A stretch of 64,000 nucleotides of DNA from Candidatus Campbellbacteria bacterium (GTDB lineage Bacteria > Patescibacteriota > Minisyncoccia > Phycocordibacterales > EsbW-18), in assembly GCA_024653945.1 (NCBI GenBank), contig JANLIT010000003.1, positions 30,097-94,096 on the forward strand, given 5' to 3'. A program made the translations under genes and the position numbers. Below the pieces are notes generated by a model that was given only the letters and a program-made list of their open reading frames with translations, was not told where the DNA came from and did no database searches. Of this stretch, positions 19,197 to 29,001 are shown in pieces (the stretch's first letter is position 1; each line of letters opens with the position of its first letter).

Positions 19197-19646
19197 TTAT
19201 TTTTTGTCAGCTTCAATAGATACAATGAGTGTCGCTTTCGTTTTTCCTGATTGAAGTACTACCTCCGTATCTCCAGCTTTCTTCAGTGGTTCTTCCAACA
19301 TCAAACACTCTACAGGAATAGACACACCGAGCTGGTTGTATAGTGCCTCAACAACTTTGTCCGGATGGAGTGAACCAAATAAGTGTCCTTTCTCATTTAC
19401 TTTTTCTTTCAAAACAACCTTTTTCCCATCAATCGCCGTAATATCTTTCTCAAGGGCCTCATCGTGTGCACGATGTTGGGCTCCGAGTTTTGCTTTTTGA
19501 AGTTCAATGGACTTGCGTGACGACGCGGTGGCCGCACGAGCACACCCTTGAGGAATAAGAAAATTAATAGCGTATCCTTCAGAAACAGACACAATATCAA
19601 ACTTTTTTCCTACTTTTGCGACATCTTTGAGTAAAATAACTTCCAT
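19197..19646 (-). CDS. rplI: 50S ribosomal protein bL9
   Basis: MEVILLKDVAKVGKKFDIVSVSEGYAINFLIPQG matches the bL9 N-domain. 149 aa. Confidence 0.9.
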   Translation of the reverse strand: MEVILLKDVAKVGKKFDIVSVSEGYAINFLIPQGCARAATASSRKSIELQKAKLGAQHRAHDEALEKDITAIDGKKVVLKEKVNEKGHLFGSLHPDKVVEALYNQLGVSIPVECLMLEEPLKKAGDTEVVLQSGKTKATLIVSIEADKK

Positions 19647-19768
19647 ATGCCACCAAGCATACTATAAAATATGCTCATTGAATATCTTGACGCGCGCATG
19701 TTATTGATAAACAATGCGGGCAGAAGTACCTAGCGCGTACAAACTCATTTGAAAGGGGTGATGCCGGT

Positions 19769-20035
19769 ATGAGCCAGAAACCCAACATAGCAAGCCTTTT
19801 TCTCATCCAAAAGCATGAGCGCCGATTTATTTCGGAACTCGGCCCGGTTGGTGAGGAAAAGCTTCTCTGCCAGGTTCTGGTAATTGAAAGTGACGGTGTC
19901 AGCGAGGTTCGCTTCCCTTCCACGGGGGAAAAGATCGCTCCATTTGACCTCAAGGGACGAACTGTTGAAGAGGCCGCAAGAGAACTACTTCAGGACGAGG
20001 AGAGAACGTATGGTGGGGCAAAGAAGGCAGGCTGA
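19769..20035 (+). CDS. Hypothetical 88-aa protein (GC-rich cassette)
   Basis: SD gaaaggggtgatgccggtATG. Higher GC than flanks. Hairpin + T-run downstream (20056-20105). Confidence 0.3.
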   Translation: MSQKPNIASLFLIQKHERRFISELGPVGEEKLLCQVLVIESDGVSEVRFPSTGEKIAPFDLKGRTVEEAARELLQDEERTYGGAKKAG

Positions 20036-20112
20036 GTACCAACTGCGCGCTATGGGTTTCAAGCCGGCCTTTTTGTCGGAAGACAAGAAGATACCGGCTT
20101 TTTTATTCTCAA

Positions 20113-21315
20113 TTATTTTGTATTCAAAATCTGCACCGCTGAATCCATTTGCGGGTCTTTGTCTGCCTGAGCATCTTCAGCAGTCATAGTAACAAGAACA
20201 TCTGGTGTAAGTCCGCCCTGAGAAATAGATTTACCATTTGGTGTTGTCCATTCTCCGACGGTCAGCTTCAGTGACCCGCCCCCGGCAATTGGAATAAGCT
20301 CCTGAACAGACCCTTTTCCAAATGTTTTCTGTCCCACAAGCTTTGCGATACCGTGTTCTTGGAATGCACCCGCAAGAATTTCAGACGCTGATGCTGAACC
20401 GCCATCAACAAGCACGACCATATCAAATGTATTTTTCAAGAGACTGTGACCTGTACTTCTATATGCGTCCTCTCCCTTTCCTTGATCAAATCGTTCTCTA
20501 ACAACGACAGTACCCTCCGGTAAAAAGTAACTTGCAATATCTATTGATGCGTCAAGAAATCCTCCAGGGTTGCCACGCATATCAAGAATAAGTTTGGTAC
20601 TTTTTGATGCAACAAATGTTTCAAGTGCTTCACGAACTTTTTCGGGCGACTTAGCATCAAAGTTATACAAAGAAATAACAAAAATACCATCAGAACGAAG
20701 TACTGTATCAAGTGTTGGTATAGAAATATTTTCGCGTGTAACGGTAACAATTAAAAACTCGTCAACTCCTTCACGGGCGAGTGTTAACACAACATTCGTG
20801 CCAATCTCCCCGCGAATGAGTCTAACCACAGCATCTACCGATAACTCCATTGCAGAAGCCCCGTCTACCTCAATAATATTGTCTCCTGCACGAATACCAG
20901 CACGCTCAGCGGGTGACCCTTTTAGCGGTGCAATAACAGTAATGGCACCCTCCTTCTCCCCCACCTCCATTCCAACACCTCCAAAACTTCCAAGAATCAT
21001 ATCCTCAAACATTTTTGCATCCTCTGGTGGAAAAAACATACTGTGTGGGTCACCGAGGGAGTCAACGAGACCACCAATTGCTCCCCATACTTTTTCTTGT
21101 GCGACTGTTGTTGAAGCGGAAAAATATTTATCATTGACGAGATTCCATACGGACCAAAATTGGTCAAAATCAGCAACCAACGCTTCTGGTGCTTGTGTGT
21201 TTGTAACATCCGTCACCCGTGTGCTTGGTAAAACACTATCACGCCCGACATAAAAACCGACTCCTAAAAGAGCCAGCGCACACAAAAAGATGGCAATCTT
21301 GTGAACACGAATCAT
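20113..21315 (-). CDS. ctpA: Carboxyl-terminal processing protease (S41 family)
   Basis: N-terminal TM, PDZ-like segment, GNPGGFL and VVLVDGGSASASEILAGAFQ S41 core. Confidence 0.85.
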   Translation of the reverse strand: MIRVHKIAIFLCALALLGVGFYVGRDSVLPSTRVTDVTNTQAPEALVADFDQFWSVWNLVNDKYFSASTTVAQEKVWGAIGGLVDSLGDPHSMFFPPEDAKMFEDMILGSFGGVGMEVGEKEGAITVIAPLKGSPAERAGIRAGDNIIEVDGASAMELSVDAVVRLIRGEIGTNVVLTLAREGVDEFLIVTVTRENISIPTLDTVLRSDGIFVISLYNFDAKSPEKVREALETFVASKSTKLILDMRGNPGGFLDASIDIASYFLPEGTVVVRERFDQGKGEDAYRSTGHSLLKNTFDMVVLVDGGSASASEILAGAFQEHGIAKLVGQKTFGKGSVQELIPIAGGGSLKLTVGEWTTPNGKSISQGGLTPDVLVTMTAEDAQADKDPQMDSAVQILNTK

Positions 21316-21356
21316 GGTAAGATAATATCACACGCAGTACCATAGATACACAACAC

Positions 21357-22280
21357 ATGGCCCTCACCACACATACACACAAAAATCTTACATGGATAGA
21401 TGTCGTATCTCCCACAACAGATGACGTAGACTCCCTTATTTTTAAATACGGTATTCCCTCCCCCGTGGCAACTGAGCTCCTCGTTAACACGCGACGATCC
21501 CGCAGTGATGTGTATGACTCGTGTGTGTATATTGTGCTCCACTTTCCAAAAACAGAACGCGCTGGAAACGCAAAAATGCTCAATGAAATTGATTTTATTA
21601 TCATGCCCGATGTGCTTATCACCACACGGTACGCGGATGATACTGCACTAGAAACCTTTGCAACATACTTCACAAACGATACTCAACACGTTTCTCTCTC
21701 TGAAGTACATGATGTAGGTTCTCTCATGCACGCTATGACAGAAAAACTCTACCAATCATTCGAACTTGACTTAGAACGTATTGGAAAAGCTCTTGAAAGT
21801 GTTGAGGGAAAAATATTTTCGGGACAAGAAAAAAAAGTGGTGCACTCACTCTCACTTCTCGGTCGTGAGCTTGCCGATTTTAAAAAAGCGCTTGGCTATC
21901 ATGGAGAAGCACTTGAGGAAGTTGCGGTGTCTTCATCTGGACAAACACTTCTTGGTGAAGCGTTCAATCGCCATATACGCAGCATTATCGGTGACTATCG
22001 ACGCATTCGTCACCAAATGGAAGGAGAGGAATCTTTCTTTGAAGAGTTGCGTCAGACCAATAATTCCCTTCTCACTATCAAACAAAATGAGGTCATAAAG
22101 ACACTCACGGTTATGGCGTTTATTACATTTCCACTCGCTCTGGTTGCCGCTGTTTTTGGTATGAACACTTCCGGCGCACCATTTCTTGGCAGTACATATG
22201 ATTTTTGGATTATTATCGGCATCATGCTTGTCATCGCTGTGCTGATGTATGTTTTCTTTAAACACAAACGATGGGTTTAA
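21357..22280 (+). CDS. corA: Magnesium/cobalt transporter CorA
   Basis: C-terminal two TM helices with the GMN motif (VFGMNTSG). 307 aa. Confidence 0.85.
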   Translation: MALTTHTHKNLTWIDVVSPTTDDVDSLIFKYGIPSPVATELLVNTRRSRSDVYDSCVYIVLHFPKTERAGNAKMLNEIDFIIMPDVLITTRYADDTALETFATYFTNDTQHVSLSEVHDVGSLMHAMTEKLYQSFELDLERIGKALESVEGKIFSGQEKKVVHSLSLLGRELADFKKALGYHGEALEEVAVSSSGQTLLGEAFNRHIRSIIGDYRRIRHQMEGEESFFEELRQTNNSLLTIKQNEVIKTLTVMAFITFPLALVAAVFGMNTSGAPFLGSTYDFWIIIGIMLVIAVLMYVFFKHKRWV

Positions 22281-22285
22281 TTTCT

Positions 22286-23662
22286 ATGCTGACTTTCTAC
22301 AACACCCTCACGCGCGAGCAAGAGCCATTTGAAGCATTATCCAAACCACATGTCGGCATGTACAACTGTGGTCCGACGGTGTACGACCGCGTGCATATAG
22401 GCAATCTTCGCGCGTATGTGTTTGCAGATACACTTCGTCGTGTTCTCTCTGCAAATGGCTACGACGTACAGCAAGTCATGAACATCACCGACGTCGGTCA
22501 CCTCTCGTCAGATGCCGATTCTGGTGAAGACAAAATGACGAAAGGTCTTAAGCGCGAAGGTCTTCCAATGACGCTCGTTGGAATGCGCGAATTGGCAGAG
22601 AAATATACACGAGCATTTGAAGAAGATTTGGTGTCACTTAATATTTTGCACCCACATGAATTGCCGAGAGCAACCGACAACATTCCCGAACAAATTGACA
22701 TCATCAAGCGCCTCGAAGAAAAAGGATTTACCTATGTTATTGCGGATGACGGCGTTTATTTTGATACAGAAAAAGACCCCCACTATGGACGACTTGGTGG
22801 TCTTACTCCCCTTGGAGACGTTCGCACAGATGCTGAAAGTTCGCAGAAACACGGACCGCGAGATTTTGCATTGTGGAAATTCAATCAAGAGCTCGGTTGG
22901 GAGAGTCCGTGGGGTAAGGGGTTTCCAGGCTGGCACATTGAGTGTTCTGCAATGAGTATGAAGTACCTCGGCGAGACATTTGATATTCACACGGGCGGTA
23001 TTGATCACATTCCTGTCCACCACAATAACGAAATCGCGCAGTCGGAGAATGCGACGGGAAAACCCTTCGCACGTTTTTGGTTGCACAACGCATTTCTCAA
23101 TATTGATAATGAAAAAATTGCCAAGTCACTTGGCAATGCGATTGTGCTCTCGGCTCTTGTTGAAAAAGGTATTACTCCCCTTGCCTACCGCTACTGGTTG
23201 CTCACGGGACACTACAGAAGCGAAATGAATTTTACGATGGACGCACTTTTGGCCGGACAAAATGCGTATCTCAAACTTGTTGAACGTGTCCGAGAACTCG
23301 GTGAAGATGTTGGCACGGTGAACGACGAATACTACACACACTTTATGGATGCGGTGAATGATGATTTGGGAACTCCACAGGCAATTGCCGTTTTGTGGGA
23401 CTTATTTAAAAACGACAGTGTGTCCTCTGCCGACAAAAAAGCAACCATACTTGCTTTTGATACTGTGCTTGGTTTGCAGTTGGATGCAGTTGAATCCGTG
23501 TCTATTTCTGCCGATGTACAAAAACTTCTTGACGCGCGTGAACAAGCCCGCATCGCAAAAGATTGGAAGGCCTCAGATGACTTGCGCGCAGATATTGAAA
23601 AATTAGGATTTGATGTGAAAGATACGTCTGACGGTCAGAAAATTATTCCAAAGAATGTGTAG
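22286..23662 (+). CDS. cysS: Cysteinyl-tRNA synthetase
   Basis: MYNCGPTVYDRVHIGNLRAYV (HIGH), KIAKSLGN (KMSKS-like), WHIEC zinc site. Confidence 0.9.
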   Translation: MLTFYNTLTREQEPFEALSKPHVGMYNCGPTVYDRVHIGNLRAYVFADTLRRVLSANGYDVQQVMNITDVGHLSSDADSGEDKMTKGLKREGLPMTLVGMRELAEKYTRAFEEDLVSLNILHPHELPRATDNIPEQIDIIKRLEEKGFTYVIADDGVYFDTEKDPHYGRLGGLTPLGDVRTDAESSQKHGPRDFALWKFNQELGWESPWGKGFPGWHIECSAMSMKYLGETFDIHTGGIDHIPVHHNNEIAQSENATGKPFARFWLHNAFLNIDNEKIAKSLGNAIVLSALVEKGITPLAYRYWLLTGHYRSEMNFTMDALLAGQNAYLKLVERVRELGEDVGTVNDEYYTHFMDAVNDDLGTPQAIAVLWDLFKNDSVSSADKKATILAFDTVLGLQLDAVESVSISADVQKLLDAREQARIAKDWKASDDLRADIEKLGFDVKDTSDGQKIIPKNV

Positions 23663-23960
23663 GTAAAAGAAAATAAATGAAAAAGGAGAAGGGTTCCCGT
23701 AGGTTACCACTCCTCCCCACCTGGCGCCGTTAGGGCGCAAAGGTGTTGTTGGCGGCGCACCGTGACAGTTCCCTAGTGGAACCGCCCGGTGCCGCCGCGC
23801 CGGCGATCAGGCCGAAGCGATGCTCAGATAGTCGTGCGAATAAAGCGACGAGTACATCAGGCGCATGTCTTCTCCTCGTTCTTGCTTCGGGTCCATTCCC
23901 TCAGCAAGTCCAAGAGTATTATACTCCCCCATCTGGAGTTGTCAAGCCCTCCAAAACCCT

Positions 23961-24013
23961 TTGTTTTTCAAAAGAAAACCGCCTAATGAAAGCTCGGCTT
24001 TCTTAGGCGGTGT
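23961..24013. terminator. Hairpin terminator (U-tract on minus side) downstream of GC-rich gene 24037..24525; near-identical in sequence to the terminator at 27216..27268
   Basis: aaaACCGCCTAAtgaaagctcggctttcTTAGGCGGTg, with minus-strand run ttttcttttg. Confidence 0.65.
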
Positions 24014-24036
24014 TGAGGCGCACCGCCTCCTTCTGT

Positions 24037-24525
24037 CTACCCTGTCGGAGTTACGGTAAGTTTCGCCGCGACCTCCGTGGGTTTGTTGATGAGGTGGCTC
24101 ATGTTGGAGCCGGAGTAGAAGGGGCGGTGTTGATTCCTCCGCATCCACCTGGAGAGCTCGTAACACCGTTCCACCATGTCCTTGATGACCATCTCCCGAG
24201 AAGGGATGGTTGGCGGTACCCAGTTCTCCATCTTCTCCTTCCACCAGCGAACAAATGCGTTGTAGTTCGAATGCGCCAGGACGGCTTCAACATGCCGTTG
24301 CTGGTAAACCTTGACGATTTCCACGGCGGCCTGGCGAAAGATGGTGACGATCTCGTCGACACTCAGTATCTTCCACTCCTGCCCACCCCAGATGGGAACG
24401 TTGTGAAAGAAGCCGTTGAAGCGATCGATGACAGGGCGCAGCTGAACCAGTCCGTCGAAATCCACTTCTTCCACTTGGACGACGACGGGTCCCTGCTCGA
24501 TTTTTTTGTATCCGACATGCAACAT
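24037..24525 (-). CDS. Hypothetical 162-aa protein, GC-rich cassette
   Basis: SD gggaggtgtgccATG. Terminator downstream on the same strand. The opposite-strand ORF 24010..24585 has a composition typical of antisense. Confidence 0.45.
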   Translation of the reverse strand: MLHVGYKKIEQGPVVVQVEEVDFDGLVQLRPVIDRFNGFFHNVPIWGGQEWKILSVDEIVTIFRQAAVEIVKVYQQRHVEAVLAHSNYNAFVRWWKEKMENWVPPTIPSREMVIKDMVERCYELSRWMRRNQHRPFYSGSNMSHLINKPTEVAAKLTVTPTG

Positions 24526-24551
24526 GGCACACCTCCCTTGCTGGTAAGTAA

Positions 24552-24594
24552 TGCGTTGTTTCAGAAAATTTCTTCAACGCCCTGAAACAACGCA
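24552..24594. promoter_or_regulatory. 13-bp perfect inverted repeat TGCGTTGTTTCAG-n17-CTGAAACAACGCA upstream of cassette gene 24037..24525
   Basis: Direct reading. No U-tract, so it is not a terminator; possibly an operator or a 5' leader structure. Confidence 0.35.
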
Positions 24595-24755
24595 TCACGA
24601 GCATCTGAGGCACGTTATACTACATATATATCATAGTTGTCAATCCCCATTCTACCGCCTACTTTCTACCAGCTACAAGCTACTTCTTTGTCCCCAGAAT
24701 ACGCACTCGTACTCCCCTTTTTTGTTCGAATGGGTCATTTCTCTCGTGTGCTACT

Positions 24756-26180
24756 ATGCACCTACAGATACAAAACATGCCAACACAAACACCCACAAAA
24801 CCAGTTCGCACTCCTCCGCAAGATGTTGAAACAGAGAAAGCACTTCTTGGTTCTATTCTTTTGCGACCTGAAGCAATTCACGAAGTGGTTGATATTCTTT
24901 CCGCCGAATCATTCTATGCACACAAACACGGCCTCATTTTTTCCGCCATGTTTGATATCTACAAAAAGGGCGAGCCTGTTGACCTCGTCTCACTTTCGTC
25001 TCGCCTCAAAGAATTGAAAGAAATGGATTCCGTCGGCGGTATGAGTTACCTCACCGGACTGGTAGATACCGTGCCGTCGTCAATGAACGCAAAACACTAC
25101 GCGGAAATTGTGCAGAAAAAACACACGATGCGTCAGCTCATTGAAGCCGCACACCACATTACCGAACTCGGCTTTGCTGAAGAAGAAGAACTTGAAGAAC
25201 TTCTTGATAAAGCGGAAAAGAGAATTTACGAAATCACCTCCGCACCGAGCAACAAAAAATTCGTCCCAATAGGCGACGTGCTCGGTGAAGCGTTTGAACG
25301 TTTGGATAAATTGCAAAAGTCTTCCGGCACACTGCGCGGTGTACCAACGGGCTTCCCCGAGTTGGACCATAAAATCGCCGGACTCCAACAATCAGACCTC
25401 ATCATTCTCGCCGCACGACCTTCAATGGGAAAGACATCGCTCGCACTTGATATCGCGCGCCACACCGCCATTCGTCACGGCACATCCGTCGGCATCTTCT
25501 CTCTTGAAATGAGTGCCCAGCAACTCGTCGACCGCATGCTCGCCGCCGAAGCACAGGTGGACGCGTGGCGTTTGCGCACAGGAAAACTCTCCACGGATGA
25601 CGAATTTGAACGCATCAGTGAGGCCACCAACAAACTCTCCCAAGCAAAAATATACATTGACGACCAGCCAGGCAACAACATCCTCAAAATGCGCTCTGTC
25701 GCACGCCGACTCAAGAGTGAAAAAGGTCTTGACCTCATCATTGTGGACTACCTCCAGCTCATGGTTCCCGCAGGCAAAAACCGCCAGCAAGACAACATGG
25801 TGCAACAAGTCACCGAAATATCCCGCTCACTGAAGCAACTCGCCCGCGAATTGGACGTGCCTGTGCTTGCCCTTTCACAACTTTCACGCGCCATTGAACA
25901 ACGCCGTGGCCGACCACAACTCTCCGACTTGCGTGATTCAGGTTCCATTGAGCAGGACGCCGACTTGGTGATGTTTATTCACAGCGAAGACCGCTACAAA
26001 GAAGCCAGTGAGCGCTCCAATATTATGGAACTCATTATCTCCAAGCACCGCAACGGTCCGACGGGCATGCTCGAGCTCTACTTTGATGACAAGAAAGCCA
26101 CCTTCCGCTCACTTGAACGCCACGGAGTAGACCAATTTGACGCTTCCGCACAGAGCGGTGAAGCAAGCGCGGAGTTTTAA
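24756..26180 (+). CDS. dnaB: Replicative DNA helicase DnaB
   Basis: N-terminal ETEKALLGSILLRPEAIHEVVD, Walker A ARPSMGKTSLALDIA, RecA-like C-terminus. The alternative start at 24777 (MPTQ) is equally plausible. Confidence 0.9.
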   Translation: MHLQIQNMPTQTPTKPVRTPPQDVETEKALLGSILLRPEAIHEVVDILSAESFYAHKHGLIFSAMFDIYKKGEPVDLVSLSSRLKELKEMDSVGGMSYLTGLVDTVPSSMNAKHYAEIVQKKHTMRQLIEAAHHITELGFAEEEELEELLDKAEKRIYEITSAPSNKKFVPIGDVLGEAFERLDKLQKSSGTLRGVPTGFPELDHKIAGLQQSDLIILAARPSMGKTSLALDIARHTAIRHGTSVGIFSLEMSAQQLVDRMLAAEAQVDAWRLRTGKLSTDDEFERISEATNKLSQAKIYIDDQPGNNILKMRSVARRLKSEKGLDLIIVDYLQLMVPAGKNRQQDNMVQQVTEISRSLKQLARELDVPVLALSQLSRAIEQRRGRPQLSDLRDSGSIEQDADLVMFIHSEDRYKEASERSNIMELIISKHRNGPTGMLELYFDDKKATFRSLERHGVDQFDASAQSGEASAEF

Positions 26181-26203
26181 TTTATAAAAAATAGTTTTAT
26201 CAA

Positions 26204-26869
26204 ATGGCAACTAGTTCAACTTTTTTTATCTTAGTGAATGGCTTACAAGATTATAGTGCGGCCATACAAGCTGTGTCTACGGTCATTTTAGCATTGATAA
26301 CATTAGGTTACGCTTTTTCTACCAAAAGAATGGCCAGTTTAATGGAAAAACAAATGTCTCCGAGTATTTTTATTGAAAACATTATGGCCGGCTCACCATT
26401 TATTGAAGACTGGTTTAGAGAAAGACCCGACGAACAACTTGAAAGCACCTTTTTTGAGTTAAAGGTTATTCTCGATGTGCGCAATGAAGGAAATGGTTCA
26501 GGAAGTATCTACAAACCAACTTTGACCTTAAGTTCAACTGCACACGATTTTCCTTTCTCTACAAAACTTCGCCCAATTACCATATCTCATGAAACCTATA
26601 ATCGCAGAACACAGGGGTCAATGGAAACGAGCGAGACGAGAAGCATAGACCACGGCAGTTCAGTTTTTTTGAGTGGTGGGGATTCAAGAAGGCTGGAACT
26701 CGAATATCGTTTTATGATTGAAACTAAAGATGAGTGTGATTTTATAAAAAGAGTAAAAAAGAATCCAGAAATAGTAACTTATTCTTTGGTTACTCATGAT
26801 AACCTAAATAAAGGATACAAAATTCTAGTTACTGATGTTAAAGGAGTGCGTGAGTGTAGTTTAATCTAA
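26204..26869 (+). CDS. Hypothetical membrane-anchored protein (AT-rich segment)
   Basis: 221 aa, with one N-terminal TM. Markedly AT-rich relative to the window. Confidence 0.4.
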   Translation: MATSSTFFILVNGLQDYSAAIQAVSTVILALITLGYAFSTKRMASLMEKQMSPSIFIENIMAGSPFIEDWFRERPDEQLESTFFELKVILDVRNEGNGSGSIYKPTLTLSSTAHDFPFSTKLRPITISHETYNRRTQGSMETSETRSIDHGSSVFLSGGDSRRLELEYRFMIETKDECDFIKRVKKNPEIVTYSLVTHDNLNKGYKILVTDVKGVRECSLI

Positions 26870-26909
26870 AATTTAACAATGAACGCAATATAAAAACTAA
26901 CTAAGACGT

Positions 26910-27215
26910 ATGGAAAAATATCAAAAAGAACTTGATGTGTGGTTTAAAGAAAAAGGATGGCCATATTGGGAACCACTCGCCATTGTTGCTCGCCTCTTTG
27001 AAGAAGGTGGAGAATTTGCACGTCTCGTCAATCATGTCTATGGTCCAAAAAAGAAAAAGTTGGATGAACAAAAACAAGATATGGAAGAGGAACTCGGCGA
27101 TATTATTTATACACTCATTTGCTTCGCCAATTCACACGACATCAACTTAGACACCGCAATTCGTAAAAGTTTTGATAAGGTAACTGAGAGAGATAAAGAG
27201 AGGTATAAAAATTAG
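26910..27215 (+). CDS. MazG-like nucleotide pyrophosphohydrolase (small all-alpha NTP-PPase)
   Basis: EEGGEFARLVNHVYG ... EEELGDIIYTLICFAN has the EExxE/ELGD pattern of the MazG/HisE-like fold. 101 aa. Confidence 0.6.
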   Translation: MEKYQKELDVWFKEKGWPYWEPLAIVARLFEEGGEFARLVNHVYGPKKKKLDEQKQDMEEELGDIIYTLICFANSHDINLDTAIRKSFDKVTERDKERYKN

Positions 27216-27268
27216 AAACAAGAAAACCGCCTGACGAAGCGCGGCTTTCCGTGCTTTGTCAGGCGGCG
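27216..27268. terminator. Bidirectional hairpin terminator, sequence-related to 23961..24013
   Basis: aaaACCGCCTGACgaagcgcggctttccgtgctttGTCAGGCGGcg, with minus-side run tttcttgtttc. Confidence 0.6.
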
Positions 27269-27278
27269 TGTCGAGAGA

Positions 27279-27707
27279 TTACAGCTCCTTCTTTCCAGCT
27301 TGAGCGAACGGGTAGAGTCCCCTCTCGAGACTCGGGAACTCTTTCACCATACCCTCCACAAAAACATCGAGATTCTCATAGACACTCAGGACCTCATCGA
27401 CATAAAGAGGGTCCATGAGAGTTTCATCGGTTGAAAACACCTGACAACCGAGAGAGCAAGGGGCCTGCGAGCGAACTCCCACAACCATCACGTACTCCCC
27501 ACGCCGATTTCTGTAAGCACCGAGCGACCAGTGGCAGTTGGAGTTTGTGAATTCCTTCCGCACACCGTCCGGTTTCCAGTTGGTCCGATCACACTCCAAG
27601 TGCACCAGTCCGATGATCATCGAAATCAGTTGCAGAATCCTTTTTCGCATCAGGTCGATGTTGGCAGATCCGTGAAGCAACAGTTCGGCGATTCCTATGT
27701 CGGACAT
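27279..27707 (-). CDS. Hypothetical 142-aa protein, GC-rich cassette
   Basis: SD aggaggacagggATG. GC-rich. Terminator downstream. Confidence 0.45.
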   Translation of the reverse strand: MSDIGIAELLLHGSANIDLMRKRILQLISMIIGLVHLECDRTNWKPDGVRKEFTNSNCHWSLGAYRNRRGEYVMVVGVRSQAPCSLGCQVFSTDETLMDPLYVDEVLSVYENLDVFVEGMVKEFPSLERGLYPFAQAGKKEL

Positions 27708-27861
27708 CCCTGTCCTCCTGTCTCCAGTTTCCCTCTCGGGATTGCTCTCTCGAGCGTTTGCCTATGTACGCAATGTACACAGTTCTAGGGAAATTATATA
27801 TCTATATTACACTTGTGTCAAGTTACCCCAAATAGCCCTAAAAATCTGCTAAAATGGACAT

Positions 27862-28470
27862 ATGAACGCAATCCAAAAACTAGCTGAATACTTTCAAAAG
27901 TTCCCTGGGATTGGGCCACGACAAGCAAAACGTTTCGTGCATTTTTTGCTGACGCAAGACAAGGCGTTTGTGAAAAGTTTGTCCGAGCGCATTGAAGAAC
28001 TCCAGGCATCTATTTCACGCTGTAGCCAGTGCCACCGTTTTTTTGACGCCGATGGTTACGCCGAAGTGTGCGATATCTGCTCCTCACCAAACCGTGATAC
28101 GCACTTGCTCATGGTCGTAGAAAAAGATGCTGACTTAGACGCCATTGAAAAAACACACGCATACAACGGCCACTACTTTGTCATCGGAGGCACCGTTCCC
28201 CTTCTTGAAAGCACTCCCTCAAACCTCAAGACAGAAGAGCTCACCAAGTATGTGCAGAAAAATATTAAAAACCTCAAAGAAATTATTATTGCCACAGGAG
28301 CACATCCTGAAGGTGAGATGACCGCCGATCACGTGAAGTCACTTCTCTCCCCTATCACCACTGAAAACGGCATTACCATTTCTATGCTTGGACGAGGACT
28401 TTCTACAGGAACAGAACTTGAATACTCCGACGCCGACACCATTAAAAGCGCATTTACAAATAGAAGATAG
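27862..28470 (+). CDS. recR: Recombination protein RecR
   Basis: MNAIQKLAEYFQKFPGIGPRQAKRFVHFLL (HhH), C4 zinc finger CSQCHRF..CDIC, Toprim. Confidence 0.9.
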   Translation: MNAIQKLAEYFQKFPGIGPRQAKRFVHFLLTQDKAFVKSLSERIEELQASISRCSQCHRFFDADGYAEVCDICSSPNRDTHLLMVVEKDADLDAIEKTHAYNGHYFVIGGTVPLLESTPSNLKTEELTKYVQKNIKNLKEIIIATGAHPEGEMTADHVKSLLSPITTENGITISMLGRGLSTGTELEYSDADTIKSAFTNRR

Positions 28471-28472
28471 TT

Positions 28473-28946
28473 CTAAGAATAGATCAGAAGGAAAAGAAAA
28501 AAGATAATTGGAACGGAAAGCCAGCGCAGAAAAACCTTCCTCTTCTCCTCACGTGTCAAATCTTTATTCCAAGTGCGTATAGTCTTCACTAACAGAGCAA
28601 TAGAAAACCCCGCACTACAGAAAGCTCCGATATCAGGAACTATATAAGAAGAGAAACCGGCTAGCATCCCAAGAAGAGTCGTGGTTGCGAAAGCGGCCAG
28701 TGTTATCAGTATCATTCCTATCCTAAAAAGAAACCCCTTTACAAGAATCTGACGACCAAACATACTCCACAGCCCAACAATTACGAGAGCTGCACCAACA
28801 AACGACATGAGGTTAGATTCAAAGAGATACTTGTTGTTGGCACGAAGGATGAGAAGGGTGGTACCGGCTATGATAATAATCAGCGACACCACTATGCGTG
28901 GTGTAGAAAAAAATAACTTTTTATTCTCCTTATCCAACTTTTCCAT
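28473..28946 (-). CDS. Hypothetical polytopic membrane protein
   Basis: 157 aa with about 4 hydrophobic helices. Confidence 0.4.
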   Translation of the reverse strand: MEKLDKENKKLFFSTPRIVVSLIIIIAGTTLLILRANNKYLFESNLMSFVGAALVIVGLWSMFGRQILVKGFLFRIGMILITLAAFATTTLLGMLAGFSSYIVPDIGAFCSAGFSIALLVKTIRTWNKDLTREEKRKVFLRWLSVPIIFFLFLLIYS

Positions 28947-29001
28947 ATATCTAGTATAGTTTACCTTTCATATACAAACAATTCCCGTTTCCGGGAATTG
29001 T

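Noticed and set aside
21239-21673. 144-aa minus-strand ORF
   Set aside because: It is antisense to, and overlaps, the corA 5' region and promoter. It has no supporting signals.
24010-24585. Plus-strand 191-aa ORF
   Set aside because: It is antisense to the 162-aa minus-strand ORF, which has an SD plus a same-strand terminator. The plus-strand translation is L/P/H/D-rich, which is typical of antisense.
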